Source: Dehalococcoidia bacterium (GTDB lineage Bacteria; Chloroflexota; Dehalococcoidia; DSTF01; RBG-16-68-14). Taken from it: DNA of 41,779 nucleotides. The DNA is taken from positions 1 through 41,779 of the forward strand of contig JBIOYF010000050.1 of assembly GCA_044870035.1 (NCBI GenBank), in the 5' to 3' direction. Positions 26,360 to 34,899 of the stretch are shown in pieces. Numbering within the stretch: the stretch's first letter is position 1; every line of letters begins with the position of its first letter. Under the pieces are notes generated by a model. That model saw only the letters and a program-made list of their open reading frames with translations. It was not told the origin of the DNA and ran no database searches. The position numbers were made by a program, and so were the translations under genes.

Positions 26360-26956
26360 ATGGCGACCACCTTCATCGTCGTCGCCATTCGTGTCCTCGT
26401 ACCGATCAGCATCTTTCGCTGGCCGTTCTTCGGCGCCGTCGCGTCGATCGTCGCCGATGCGCTGGACATCGTGATCATTACGCTGCTTCAGCGTTACGCT
26501 GGCCTACCGTCGGTGTGGAGCTATCACGAGTTCGACAAGTACCTCGACACATACTATCTGGCAATCGAGGTGATCGTCGCGCAGCGCTGGCAGGAGCTGC
26601 CGCGCTGGATCGCAAGCGTCCTCTTCGTCGATAGGGCCATCGGCGTGGTTCTGTTCGAGAGCACCGGCATCCGCGTATTTCTCTTCGCGTTTCCGGCGCT
26701 GCTGGACTTCTACTTCCTGTTCTACACAGGAGCGCGTCAGTTCGCGCCGGACTACGAACTGACGCCCAGGCGGCACCTCGGCTGGCTGTTGGTGCTCCTG
26801 ATCCCGAAGCTGTTCCAGGAATACGTTATCCACTACGCGCGCTGGCTCGACAACGTCGTCGCCGTGGATGTCATCAGGGAGGTTTCCGAGGCGATCATTC
26901 GCTTCTTCCGAGACTTGTTTACTGCTATCCGGCTCGGCGGGCTGGGCTATACCTGA
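26360..26956 (+). CDS. Hypothetical integral membrane protein
   Basis: 198 aa with several hydrophobic segments. It begins 9 nt after the AKR stop, so it is probably co-transcribed. No family recognised. Confidence 0.6.
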   Translation: MATTFIVVAIRVLVPISIFRWPFFGAVASIVADALDIVIITLLQRYAGLPSVWSYHEFDKYLDTYYLAIEVIVAQRWQELPRWIASVLFVDRAIGVVLFESTGIRVFLFAFPALLDFYFLFYTGARQFAPDYELTPRRHLGWLLVLLIPKLFQEYVIHYARWLDNVVAVDVIREVSEAIIRFFRDLFTAIRLGGLGYT

Positions 26957-26958
26957 TC

Positions 26959-26987
26959 TTGAAAACAGGAAACGGAAGTGCTATGCT
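26959..26987 (+). promoter_or_regulatory. Sigma-70-like promoter candidate upstream of the YaaH-family gene
   Basis: TTGAAA (26959-26964), a 17-nt spacer, then TATGCT (26982-26987), about 115 nt upstream of the ATG at 27102. Motif match only. Confidence 0.35.
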
Positions 26988-27101
26988 GGGAGCGAAGATC
27001 GGCGTCCGGCAGAGGACGTCGGTGGGCAAGGAACGAAGCCAAAAGCCGGGCGCCGAGAGGTACCCGGCTATCTATTTGGGGAGGGGAAGGAGGTGATATC
27101 G

Positions 27102-27728
27102 ATGGAGGAACGCCACCATCACCCGATCGAACGGCTGGAGGACCCTGCGCCGCTCGCTCTGGCCGCGTTCGCGCTGCCGCTTTTCATCTGGAGCGCGTTT
27201 AACGCCGACTACTTCGGCCTTGATGCGGAGAACTTTGTCATCCCGCTGGCCGTGTTCTTCGGCGGGCCACTGGCCATCGGCGCCGCGATGTGGGCCTACC
27301 ATCGGCGCGATGCGTACCTGGCCACGGTAGCGGGCGTCTTCGGCGCCTTCTGGATCAGCTACGGCATGCTGCTCTGGTTGATCCATCAGGGCGTCGTCGA
27401 TGGGCCGTCATCCGGAGGCGACCTGCGCGGACTGTTGTTCGCCGCGTGGGCGGTGACCTTCGGCATGCTCTGGCTCTCTTCGATCCGTGAGCACTGGGCG
27501 CTTGGTCTTGTGACGCTCGGCGCGGGGCTCATGTTTGTCCTGCTGAGTTTTGGCTACTACAACGACTCGAGCAACGCCCTACGGGCAGGCGGCTGGATCG
27601 GTTTCATCACCGCCGCCGTCGCCTGGTACGGTGCACTGGCCGAGCTGCTGAACGCTGAGTACGACCACACCGTGTTGCCGACGGAACTCGATCAGATCCG
27701 CCGGTTGCTTCACCTCGGCGCTCGCTAG
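27102..27728 (+). CDS. GPR1/FUN34/YaaH family (acetate/succinate channel-like) membrane protein
   Basis: I chose the internal ATG at 27102 of ORF 26868-27728, which is preceded by GGAAGGAGGTG. MEERHHHPIERLEDPAPLALAAFALPLFIWSAFNA matches the family N-terminal motif N-P-A-P-L-G-L. About six TM segments follow. Confidence 0.75.
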   Translation: MEERHHHPIERLEDPAPLALAAFALPLFIWSAFNADYFGLDAENFVIPLAVFFGGPLAIGAAMWAYHRRDAYLATVAGVFGAFWISYGMLLWLIHQGVVDGPSSGGDLRGLLFAAWAVTFGMLWLSSIREHWALGLVTLGAGLMFVLLSFGYYNDSSNALRAGGWIGFITAAVAWYGALAELLNAEYDHTVLPTELDQIRRLLHLGAR

Positions 27729-27751
27729 GAGGGCGCCGCCCACCGACGGAA

Positions 27752-27778
27752 GAAGCCCCTGCCTCAGGCAGGGGCTTC
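27752..27778. terminator. Bidirectional stem-loop between convergent genes
   Basis: GAAGCCCCTGCC-tca-GGCAGGGGCTTC (12-bp perfect stem). It lies between the stop of the YaaH-family gene (27728) and the stop of the minus-strand propeller gene (27800). Confidence 0.55.
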
Positions 27779-27799
27779 CGGTTGTCCGGAGTCGTGTCG

Positions 27800-28822
27800 C
27801 TATTCGGCTATGTTGAGTACGGCCACTGCGTCTGGATAGTCGTAGCCGCTGGCTATGATTACCGGCGCCTGAGGGTTACCGCTCGAGTCAAATGTCACCT
27901 TACGAACCGTCCCCTTACCACTCTGGGGGCCAATATTCCCGTTGTCGTTGACGATCGCGAGGTCCGCGTAGTAGAGCGTCCCGCTCGAATCGACAGCGAC
28001 GCCTGCCGGGTTGCCGATGTCTGTCCCCTCACTGATCGTGCGCACGAAGGCGCCCGCGGGCGTGTACTCTCGGATGGTTGGTGGCACGAAGACGCTGGAG
28101 ACGTACCAGTTGCCGTTGGTTGCTCGCGTGATGCCGAGAGGTGTGCCCATATCGGGGTCTTCGATAAACGTCGTCCTCGCCGGCTTCACGGAGTCACACT
28201 CGCCATCGTCCTTGGGAAACGGCGCCGAGAAACGCAGGACGCGTCCCGGCGGAACGCTCTCTGTAAGCAGCACGCTGCCGCCATCGTCAAGAGCCAGCGC
28301 CCCCGCCACGCGAATGTCCGCGGCGAGGATGCAAGACGATTGGTAGTCCGGCGGGAAGAACAGGATGAGCTTGCCGTTCGTGGAGCCGAAGTCGGTGTCG
28401 CCGATGTCGCTGGTGAAGAGCCGGTCGTCCTTATCGAAGGCGCAGCCGTACGGTTCGATCTGATCGGGCTCGTTCGGCCCCTCCGGCTCCGGGAACTTGT
28501 CGACCAGCTTGCCCTTTGCATCAAACTCGCCCCAGCCCTGACGGGCACCTTCACTCTGGTGTGTGTCCTCGCCGAGCAGGAAGTGGCCGTCCGTGTGCGG
28601 TACGGCGCATATCTGGCCGTTCACGTTGTTCCGCTCCGACGGGATCAGCACGGTCATCTCGCCGGAGGCGAGGTCGTAGATGTCAAGCTCGTTCGCTTGC
28701 GCGCCGAAGAGCTTCTCGACTGTCGTGCTGCTGCCTTCGCCGCAGGCGAGCGCCGCGGAAAGGAGGCCGAGAACGAACGCGCTAAGGAGGAGCCTGCGGA
28801 GTTGCAGCTTGCGGAGTAACAT
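27800..28822 (-). CDS. Secreted/lipoprotein beta-propeller protein (NHL / SMP-30-like repeats)
   Basis: 340 aa. The signal peptide ends ...LLSAALAC-GEGSS. Repeated motifs include G.PAGVAVDSSGTLYYAD and NGNWYVSSV. The family call is approximate. Confidence 0.6.
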   Translation of the reverse strand: MLLRKLQLRRLLLSAFVLGLLSAALACGEGSSTTVEKLFGAQANELDIYDLASGEMTVLIPSERNNVNGQICAVPHTDGHFLLGEDTHQSEGARQGWGEFDAKGKLVDKFPEPEGPNEPDQIEPYGCAFDKDDRLFTSDIGDTDFGSTNGKLILFFPPDYQSSCILAADIRVAGALALDDGGSVLLTESVPPGRVLRFSAPFPKDDGECDSVKPARTTFIEDPDMGTPLGITRATNGNWYVSSVFVPPTIREYTPAGAFVRTISEGTDIGNPAGVAVDSSGTLYYADLAIVNDNGNIGPQSGKGTVRKVTFDSSGNPQAPVIIASGYDYPDAVAVLNIAE

Positions 28823-30419
28823 CCTCGCATCCTTTCTCCCCTGCGATGCACAACGCCCAGACAGCGGCGGGCTCCTTCGCGATGCCGCCCGCTTCGCCGC
28901 CCTGGGTGCCGAAGCCCGAGCCGACGTAAATCGTGCCGTCGACGATGGCCGGCGTTGAGAACACGATATGCTCCAGCAGCACGGCGGCGAGGATCTCGCC
29001 GGTCTCCGCGTCCAGCGCGTGCAGTTTGGCGTCGACCCCTCCCATAAACACCAGCCCGGGGATCAGGCTGGCCGAACCGTACGAGGGCGCCGCGTCCTTC
29101 TGCTCCCAGACGACCCGTCCGTTCGACGCGTCCAGCGCCCAGGCGGGAGATCCGGCGTTGATCGCCGTCGAGAAGTAGATCTTGCCATCCATCACACCCG
29201 CGCTGCCGATGATCCCGCCGATGTCGCTGCCCTGGACGACGCTTTTCCTCCAGTAGGGTTCTATGTTGTCGGTGATCGCGTTCCTGCCGTCGCGGTCGAG
29301 GAGGTAGTACGTGCCGTCCTTGCCGCCCACGCCCACCACGTCACGTTCCGTTCCTTTAAGCAGCGCTGTGAACAAGTTCGGCCCGGAGCCGAAGTCAAGG
29401 TCCTCGTTGTCGACGTCGCGCGGACGCCACGTCCACGCTGGCGTGCCGTCGTAAAGCAGTGCGACGATCGCTGCGTCGTATTTCGGCATCGGAGGTGGCG
29501 GCTTCGCCGTGGATGGGTCGTCGTCCGTGTCGCAGTTGCCCGACGTGAAGAAGATCAGTTTGCGGCCGGTGTCCACGCTGACCGGCGACCAGACGTTGCC
29601 GCAGGCCGTCTCCGTCCGGTCGAAGTCGCAGCCGTCGCGGGTTGTGAAGAAATCGGCTGGCAGGCCGAGCGCTTCGGCGCTGTGGAAGCCGTCGAAGCGG
29701 CGAATGTTGTCGCCGGCATCCGGCGTGCACGTGGCTTCCGCTTCTAAGTCGAAGTACCAGTGCAGCCGGCCGTCCTCCGCCGAGATAGCGAAGAAGCCGC
29801 CCTTGCCCGGGGTGCCATCGTTCGTGTCCATGCCGAAGAGCACAAGGTCTTCGCTCGCCACCACCGCCGGCGACGACGTTATCTCGTTGCGTTCGGTGCG
29901 CTTGTCGCAGGTCGTGCAGCCGGTACCGGCGTCGAACTCCCAGACCTCTTGGCCCGAAGCCGCGTCGAGCGCGTACATCGTCTCGCCCCCGGCCACGAAC
30001 ACACGCTGCTCGCCACCGACCGTCTCGACCACGGCCGTCGACACGACCGCGCCGTACGAGATGCCGGGCTGCGGCTTGACCGTGAAGCGCCACGCCTCGC
30101 TTCCGTCGCCGGCGCGGATCGCATAGACGTTGCCGTCGTAGGAGCCGACGATGACGAGCCGTTCGTCTCCCACCGTCGCCACGACCGGCGATGCCGCAAC
30201 GGGCGCCGCCGTATCGAACTTCCATTTGATCGCCAGCCTCGCGACGTTTTCGCGCGTGATCGCCGTCTCGTGTTCGTTGAAGCCGGTGCGCGACAGGTTG
30301 CCGGCCAGCATCGGCCAGTCTCGACTGGAGCCGCCGCTGTTGTTCGTGCCGCCGGAGCAGGCGGCCGCCAGCGCGGCGAGAAGGAGCACTCCAAGGCTGA
30401 ATCGGAACGGCGGGCCCAT
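28782..30419 (-). CDS. PQQ-like (BamB-type) beta-propeller repeat lipoprotein
   Basis: The ORF runs 28782-30500; I prefer the ATG at 30419 (MGPPFRFSLGVLLLAALAAAC-SGG signal peptide with Cys). It has repeated W(K/R)F......SP.V....V.VGS.DG.VYA units. The 3' end overlaps the next gene by 41 nt. Confidence 0.75.
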   Translation of the reverse strand: MGPPFRFSLGVLLLAALAAACSGGTNNSGGSSRDWPMLAGNLSRTGFNEHETAITRENVARLAIKWKFDTAAPVAASPVVATVGDERLVIVGSYDGNVYAIRAGDGSEAWRFTVKPQPGISYGAVVSTAVVETVGGEQRVFVAGGETMYALDAASGQEVWEFDAGTGCTTCDKRTERNEITSSPAVVASEDLVLFGMDTNDGTPGKGGFFAISAEDGRLHWYFDLEAEATCTPDAGDNIRRFDGFHSAEALGLPADFFTTRDGCDFDRTETACGNVWSPVSVDTGRKLIFFTSGNCDTDDDPSTAKPPPPMPKYDAAIVALLYDGTPAWTWRPRDVDNEDLDFGSGPNLFTALLKGTERDVVGVGGKDGTYYLLDRDGRNAITDNIEPYWRKSVVQGSDIGGIIGSAGVMDGKIYFSTAINAGSPAWALDASNGRVVWEQKDAAPSYGSASLIPGLVFMGGVDAKLHALDAETGEILAAVLLEHIVFSTPAIVDGTIYVGSGFGTQGGEAGGIAKEPAAVWALCIAGEKGCEDVTPQAATPQAPP

Positions 30420-30475
30420 GGCAACAGCTTGTATCGGAAGGCGAGCTTCAGTGTCAAGCACATGGGTAGGGCCGG

Positions 30476-31339
30476 CTATCGGCCGCTCGATTCGAGCCAA
30501 GCGAAGTAGCTGTCGACGCCGTGCCTGTAGCCCTGGGCGATGGCGTCCCGCACGTCGTCGCGCTGGAGCAGCGCCGCCTCGCGGTCGTTGGTCACAAAGA
30601 GCGCCTCGCCGATGATGCCCGGCATGCGGCTGGCCCGGAAGCCCTCCGACTCGCCGAGCGTGAACGTGTGCTCGACGCCGAAGCGCTCGCCGATGCTCGA
30701 GTCGTTCATGATGCCGCGCGGCCGCGATTCGTAGCCGGCCGAGCGGAGGCTATCGATGATCGAGTCGTAGACAAAGCCGGCGAGCGCCTGATTCCGCTCG
30801 CCGAACGAGCGGTCCGGGTTGAAGTACACCTCGGTGCCGGACTGTGTCGTGTCCTCGGAGCCGTTGTGATGGATCAGCAGCAGGATGTCCGCGCCGGCCG
30901 CGTTCGCTTTGTCCGTCCGCGCCTGCGACTCGCGGCGGACGCTCTCGGTGAAGTCGCCGGGCGCGGTCTCGGCCAGGCTGTAGTCGCCGTCGCGGATCAG
31001 CACCGTGCGGTAGCCGTTGGCGCGCAGCAACTTGTCGAGGCGGCGCGCGATGTCGAGGTTGAGGTCCTTCTCGAGGAGATCGATGTTGCCCGCTGCGTTG
31101 TGGTGCACCGCGCCGATGTTGTCCGGCCCGCCGTGCCCGGCGCTGATCGCGACGATGTACGGCTTGGGCCGGGTCGCTTCGTTCGTCGACGCAGCGGCGG
31201 GCGGTCGTGTTGTCGCTGGGGCGGATGTCGAGGTCTCTGCCGGAGTGTAGTCGTTGCTATTGGCGCACCCCGCCAGCACGACCACCACGGCGACGAAGAT
31301 GGCGGTGAGCCACCTCACGCGAGTGGCTCCTTCAGTCAC
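30476..31339 (-). CDS. N-acetylmuramoyl-L-alanine amidase (Amidase_3 family) lipoprotein
   Basis: 287 aa with lipobox VLAGC. VAISAGHGGPDNGAV-type block (AISAGHGGPDNIGAVH), DLNLDIARRL, ADILLLIHHN and EALFVTN are typical Amidase_3 motifs. Confidence 0.85.
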   Translation of the reverse strand: MTEGATRVRWLTAIFVAVVVVLAGCANSNDYTPAETSTSAPATTRPPAAASTNEATRPKPYIVAISAGHGGPDNIGAVHHNAAGNIDLLEKDLNLDIARRLDKLLRANGYRTVLIRDGDYSLAETAPGDFTESVRRESQARTDKANAAGADILLLIHHNGSEDTTQSGTEVYFNPDRSFGERNQALAGFVYDSIIDSLRSAGYESRPRGIMNDSSIGERFGVEHTFTLGESEGFRASRMPGIIGEALFVTNDREAALLQRDDVRDAIAQGYRHGVDSYFAWLESSGR

Positions 31340-31346
31340 GCCGTTC

Positions 31347-32114
31347 CTAGTGTGCGCCGCGTGGCGCGTCCGTCGCCACGGATTCGGTGAGCTCGGCGCG
31401 AAGGAAGGAGCGGCAAAGCTCCATGGCTTCGCGCGGGACTGCGGTGTGGCCGCCGGGGTGGAACATCAGCCGCTTCGGGCCGCGCAGCGCGTCGTAGAGG
31501 CGGAACGTGGACGCGCGGGAGAAGATCTCGTCCTCCGACTGGTTGATCATCAGCACCGGCCGGTCGATCGTCTCGGCAGCTTCGTGGAGGAAGTTGCGCT
31601 CGTCCTGCAGGATGCCGCCGATGGCGAGGACGGCGCAGCGCAGGCGCGGCTCCTTCGCCACCGAAAGGATGCCCAGCACGCAGCCCATCGAAAAGCCCAT
31701 GTAGGCTGCGCGGTCGGCGCCGACGTCGGGTAGCTCGCCGCAAGCGTCGAGCGTGCGCTGCCAGTCAACGGCCATCGCTTCGTACGTCTTGCGGTTGATC
31801 AGCGACGCGCGCGCCTCCAGGCCAACGTTGCCGTTCTGGCCCGACCTGCGTTCGCCGTGCACCGGCCCGTCGATGATGGCGACGGCCCAGGTCTCGCGGC
31901 GGACGAACCAGCGCGCGATCGAGAGCATCTGGGGCTCGTCCTTGCTGCCGCCGGCGCCGTGGCCGAGCAGGACCACCGGGCGCGGGCCGCTCGCAGCTTC
32001 GGGCGTGAGCACCAGGCCCGGGACGCGCTGGTCGTCGTGACCGTGCACCCAGAGATGGCGCGTTGTTACGCCCTTCTCCGTCACCGGGACGCCGAGATCG
32101 AGGACCGCGTTCAT
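31347..32114 (-). CDS. Alpha/beta hydrolase (dienelactone-hydrolase-like)
   Basis: 255 aa. It has the oxyanion-region block VVLLGHGAGGSKDE, the nucleophile elbow GFSMG, and a C-terminal ...HPGGHT histidine. Confidence 0.7.
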   Translation of the reverse strand: MNAVLDLGVPVTEKGVTTRHLWVHGHDDQRVPGLVLTPEAASGPRPVVLLGHGAGGSKDEPQMLSIARWFVRRETWAVAIIDGPVHGERRSGQNGNVGLEARASLINRKTYEAMAVDWQRTLDACGELPDVGADRAAYMGFSMGCVLGILSVAKEPRLRCAVLAIGGILQDERNFLHEAAETIDRPVLMINQSEDEIFSRASTFRLYDALRGPKRLMFHPGGHTAVPREAMELCRSFLRAELTESVATDAPRGAH

Positions 32115-32125
32115 CGCTCCGCCTC

Positions 32126-33058
32126 CTAGCTACCGGCCAGTCGTTTCACGACCGGCGCTACCGCATCGAACACGTCGCCGGAGAAGACGATGTACGAGAA
32201 GCCGAACTCCTCGCGCCGGCGTTGCAAGTCGTCGACGATCTGGTCCACGGTGCCGATCAGCGCGTGCGGCGAATGCAGCACATCGTCTGCCGGCATGCCG
32301 AAGCCGCCCGCGATCCGCTCAGCCATCGATTGGCGGTCGTCCGTCACGACGGTGAAGAACACCGTCACGTTCATCTCTATCTGATCGAAGCGCGCGCCGG
32401 CGGCGTCGCGGATCCAGGCGAGCTTCTCGGCCGTCGCGGCGGCGCTGCCGGTGACGGCCACCTTGGGGTTCACCATGCCTTCGGCGAGGACGAAGTTCAC
32501 GCCCACGATGTCCGCCTCGCGCGCGGCGAGGCGCAGCACGTGCTTGCCACCACCGCCTACGAGCAGCGGCGGATGCGGCTTCTGCACCGGCTTCGGTGTG
32601 CCTTCGTGGTTCGTGATGTTGTAGTGTTTACCGGAGAAGCTGAACGCGTCGTCGCCCCAGAGTCCCTTGAGGATGGCGAGCGTTTCCTTCAGCTTGTCGA
32701 TACGGACGCCCGGCGAGTCGAACCGCAGGCCGGAGAACTCGTAGTCGGTCGTCATCCAGCCGGCGCCGATGCCCGCCTCGACGCGCCCGTTCGAAAGGAC
32801 GTCCAGCGTCGCCCATTCCTTCGCCAGTACGAGCGGATGGCGGAAGTCGTTGTCGAGGACGAGCGTGCCCAGCCGCAGCGAGTTCGTCGCGGCGCCGGCC
32901 GCCGCGAGGGCGATCAGCGGAGCGTACTGGTCGCCGAAGTGGTCGGGAATGAAGAGCGAAGAGAAGCCCAGCTCCTCGATCTTGCGCGCCTTGCCGGCCC
33001 ACTCATCGGCGGAGCCGGCGCGCGACGTCTGGATACCGAAGCGAAACTTGTGCGGCAC
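32126..33058 (-). CDS. Luciferase-like monooxygenase (LLM) class, probably F420-dependent, oxidoreductase
   Basis: The ORF runs 32126-33130; I prefer the GTG at 33058 (V-PHKFRFGIQTS...), which is preceded by GGAAGGAG. FRFGIQ...ELGFSSLFIPDHF...VLDNDFRHP...GIGAGW is the LLM/F420 family pattern. The 24 upstream codons are Arg/Ser/Gly-rich and look non-coding. Confidence 0.8.
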   Translation of the reverse strand: MPHKFRFGIQTSRAGSADEWAGKARKIEELGFSSLFIPDHFGDQYAPLIALAAAGAATNSLRLGTLVLDNDFRHPLVLAKEWATLDVLSNGRVEAGIGAGWMTTDYEFSGLRFDSPGVRIDKLKETLAILKGLWGDDAFSFSGKHYNITNHEGTPKPVQKPHPPLLVGGGGKHVLRLAAREADIVGVNFVLAEGMVNPKVAVTGSAAATAEKLAWIRDAAGARFDQIEMNVTVFFTVVTDDRQSMAERIAGGFGMPADDVLHSPHALIGTVDQIVDDLQRRREEFGFSYIVFSGDVFDAVAPVVKRLAGS

Positions 33059-33194
33059 GGCGCTCCTTCCACGCTGTCCTGCCGGCTTCGAACGCGAGCC
33101 TAGCGTACTAGAGCCGCGTGCCGTTCGCAACGCTTGCCCTCGGACTTGCTCCGTACCTAGACTGTCTTGTCACCCCAGGCCCTTCGGAGGACAC

Positions 33195-34862
33195 ATGACC
33201 GCTCCAAGCACGCTGCCCGTTCCGCCTGACTTCACGTTCGACTGGGACTCGCCCGATGAGGCGGCGAACTTCTGGACCGCCGATCTGATGCACTGGCCGA
33301 ACGGCATCTCCGAGCTCTCGGCGACGATGGACATGCCCGCGTTCGGCCGCGGACTGAACACCGTCGCGCAGCTGCTCTGCATGCCCTTCAGCGAGATGCG
33401 CTTCAAGCCGATCCGCGGCTACGTCTACACGACAACGATCCCGTATTCGCTCGACCAGGCGCAGATCGAAGCGCGGATGGGTCAGATGCAGCAGAAGATG
33501 ATGGAGCACGTCCCCGGCCTGCTCGACCGCTGGCAGACGCAGTACGAGCCCGAAGTGCGCTCGATCAACGACGATACGCTTAAGGGCGACTACCGCAAGC
33601 TGGGTAACCGCGACCTGTCCCAGCTGCTCGAGAAGCTGGTCGAGAAGCGCGAGCGGGAGGGCGAGCTGCACTTCCTGGCCGTGTTCCCCGTGATGGGCGC
33701 TGTCATGGCGTACGAAGAGACCTACGCGAACCTCTTCGGCGCACCGAAGGCCGCCGAGCACCTCCAGCTACTACAGGGCTTTCCGAATAAGAGCTATGAG
33801 GTCGGGGTCGGACTCTGGCGTCTCGCGAAGGAAGCGCGCAAACGGCCTGCCGTCATGCGCATCGTCAAGCGAGTCGCTCCGGAGCAGGCGCACGCCGCGC
33901 TGGCCGCCGACAGCGAGACGAAGGCGTTCCACGGTGCGGTCGAAGAGTTCCTGAGTGATTACGGCTGGCGTGGCAACGAGCTCGACGTCGCGGCGACGAC
34001 GTGGAAGGAAGACCCGACGACGGTCTACAAGCTGATCCGTGAGTACGCCGCCCGCGACGACTACGATCCGGAAGAAGAGAACCGCTCGCTCGTCTCGGCG
34101 CGGCAGGCGCGCGAGAAGCTCTTGTTCGACAAGCTCTCCGGCGCGCAAGAGCAGCTCAATTTGTTTCGCATGATGCTCGGCGGAGCGCAGCAGTACCTCC
34201 CGATCCAGGAGGACCACAACTTTTGGATCGACCAAGTGGGCGTCTGCGTCCAGCGCGTGCCCGTGCTCGAGGCGGCGCGGCGCTTGGTCGAAGCCAATCG
34301 TCTGGCCGATGAGGCCGACGTCTTCTTCCTGCGCTACGACGAGCTGCAGGATGCGCTGCGCGACGGCCACGGCGATCTCACCGAGCTCGCCGGCAGGCGC
34401 CGTCGCGAGCGCGACCAGTACTACACCTCGCCTCCGCCTCCGGCGGTCGGCGCGCCGCCGCCCGCGGAGCTGCCGGACAACCCGATGATGACGAAGTTCT
34501 TCGGCGGCCTGCCCGAAGAGAGCGCCGACCCGCGCGTCTTCCACGGCAACGGCGCTTCTCCGGGAACGGTCACCGGCACGGCTCGCGTGATTCTCTCGCT
34601 CCAGGACAGCCACCGGCTGCAGAAGGGCGAGATCCTCGTCTGTCCGGCGACGATGCCGCCCTGGACGCCGCTCTTCGCCATCGCGTCGGCGGTGGTCACC
34701 GATCACGGCGGCGTGCTTTCGCACACGGCGATCGTCGCGCGCGAGTACGCGATCCCGGCCGTCGTCGGCACCAAGGTCGCCACGTCGCTCGTGAAGGACG
34801 GCCAGACGATCACGGTCGACGGCGCGGCCGGCACGGTCAAGCTGGAGGCGACTGACGGCTAG
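33195..34862 (+). CDS. PEP-utilizing-enzyme mobile (swivel phosphohistidine) domain protein with a long unassigned N-terminal region
   Basis: I chose the internal ATG at 33195 of ORF 32769-34862, because the upstream part overlaps the LLM gene antisense. The C-terminus GNGASPGTVTGTARVI...GEILVCPATMPPWTPLF...VVTDHGGVLSHTAIVAREYAIPAVVGT is the canonical swivel domain with its catalytic His. Confidence 0.8.
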   Translation: MTAPSTLPVPPDFTFDWDSPDEAANFWTADLMHWPNGISELSATMDMPAFGRGLNTVAQLLCMPFSEMRFKPIRGYVYTTTIPYSLDQAQIEARMGQMQQKMMEHVPGLLDRWQTQYEPEVRSINDDTLKGDYRKLGNRDLSQLLEKLVEKREREGELHFLAVFPVMGAVMAYEETYANLFGAPKAAEHLQLLQGFPNKSYEVGVGLWRLAKEARKRPAVMRIVKRVAPEQAHAALAADSETKAFHGAVEEFLSDYGWRGNELDVAATTWKEDPTTVYKLIREYAARDDYDPEEENRSLVSARQAREKLLFDKLSGAQEQLNLFRMMLGGAQQYLPIQEDHNFWIDQVGVCVQRVPVLEAARRLVEANRLADEADVFFLRYDELQDALRDGHGDLTELAGRRRRERDQYYTSPPPPAVGAPPPAELPDNPMMTKFFGGLPEESADPRVFHGNGASPGTVTGTARVILSLQDSHRLQKGEILVCPATMPPWTPLFAIASAVVTDHGGVLSHTAIVAREYAIPAVVGTKVATSLVKDGQTITVDGAAGTVKLEATDG

Positions 34863-34899
34863 CGACGGCCGGCGCTCGATCAGCTACGGCCTGCTCCTG

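Noticed and set aside
26868-27101. 78-codon N-terminal extension of the YaaH-family ORF, overlapping the 3' end of the preceding membrane protein gene.
   Set aside because: A strong SD (GGAAGGAGGTG) and a family-typical N-terminus start at 27102. The extension also spans a promoter-like TTGAAA-17-TATGCT element.
32769-33194. 142-codon N-terminal extension of the PEP-utilizer ORF.
   Set aside because: It lies antisense over the 5' part of the LLM oxidoreductase gene and has an Ala/Ser/Arg-rich composition. The Met at 33195 follows the intergenic region.
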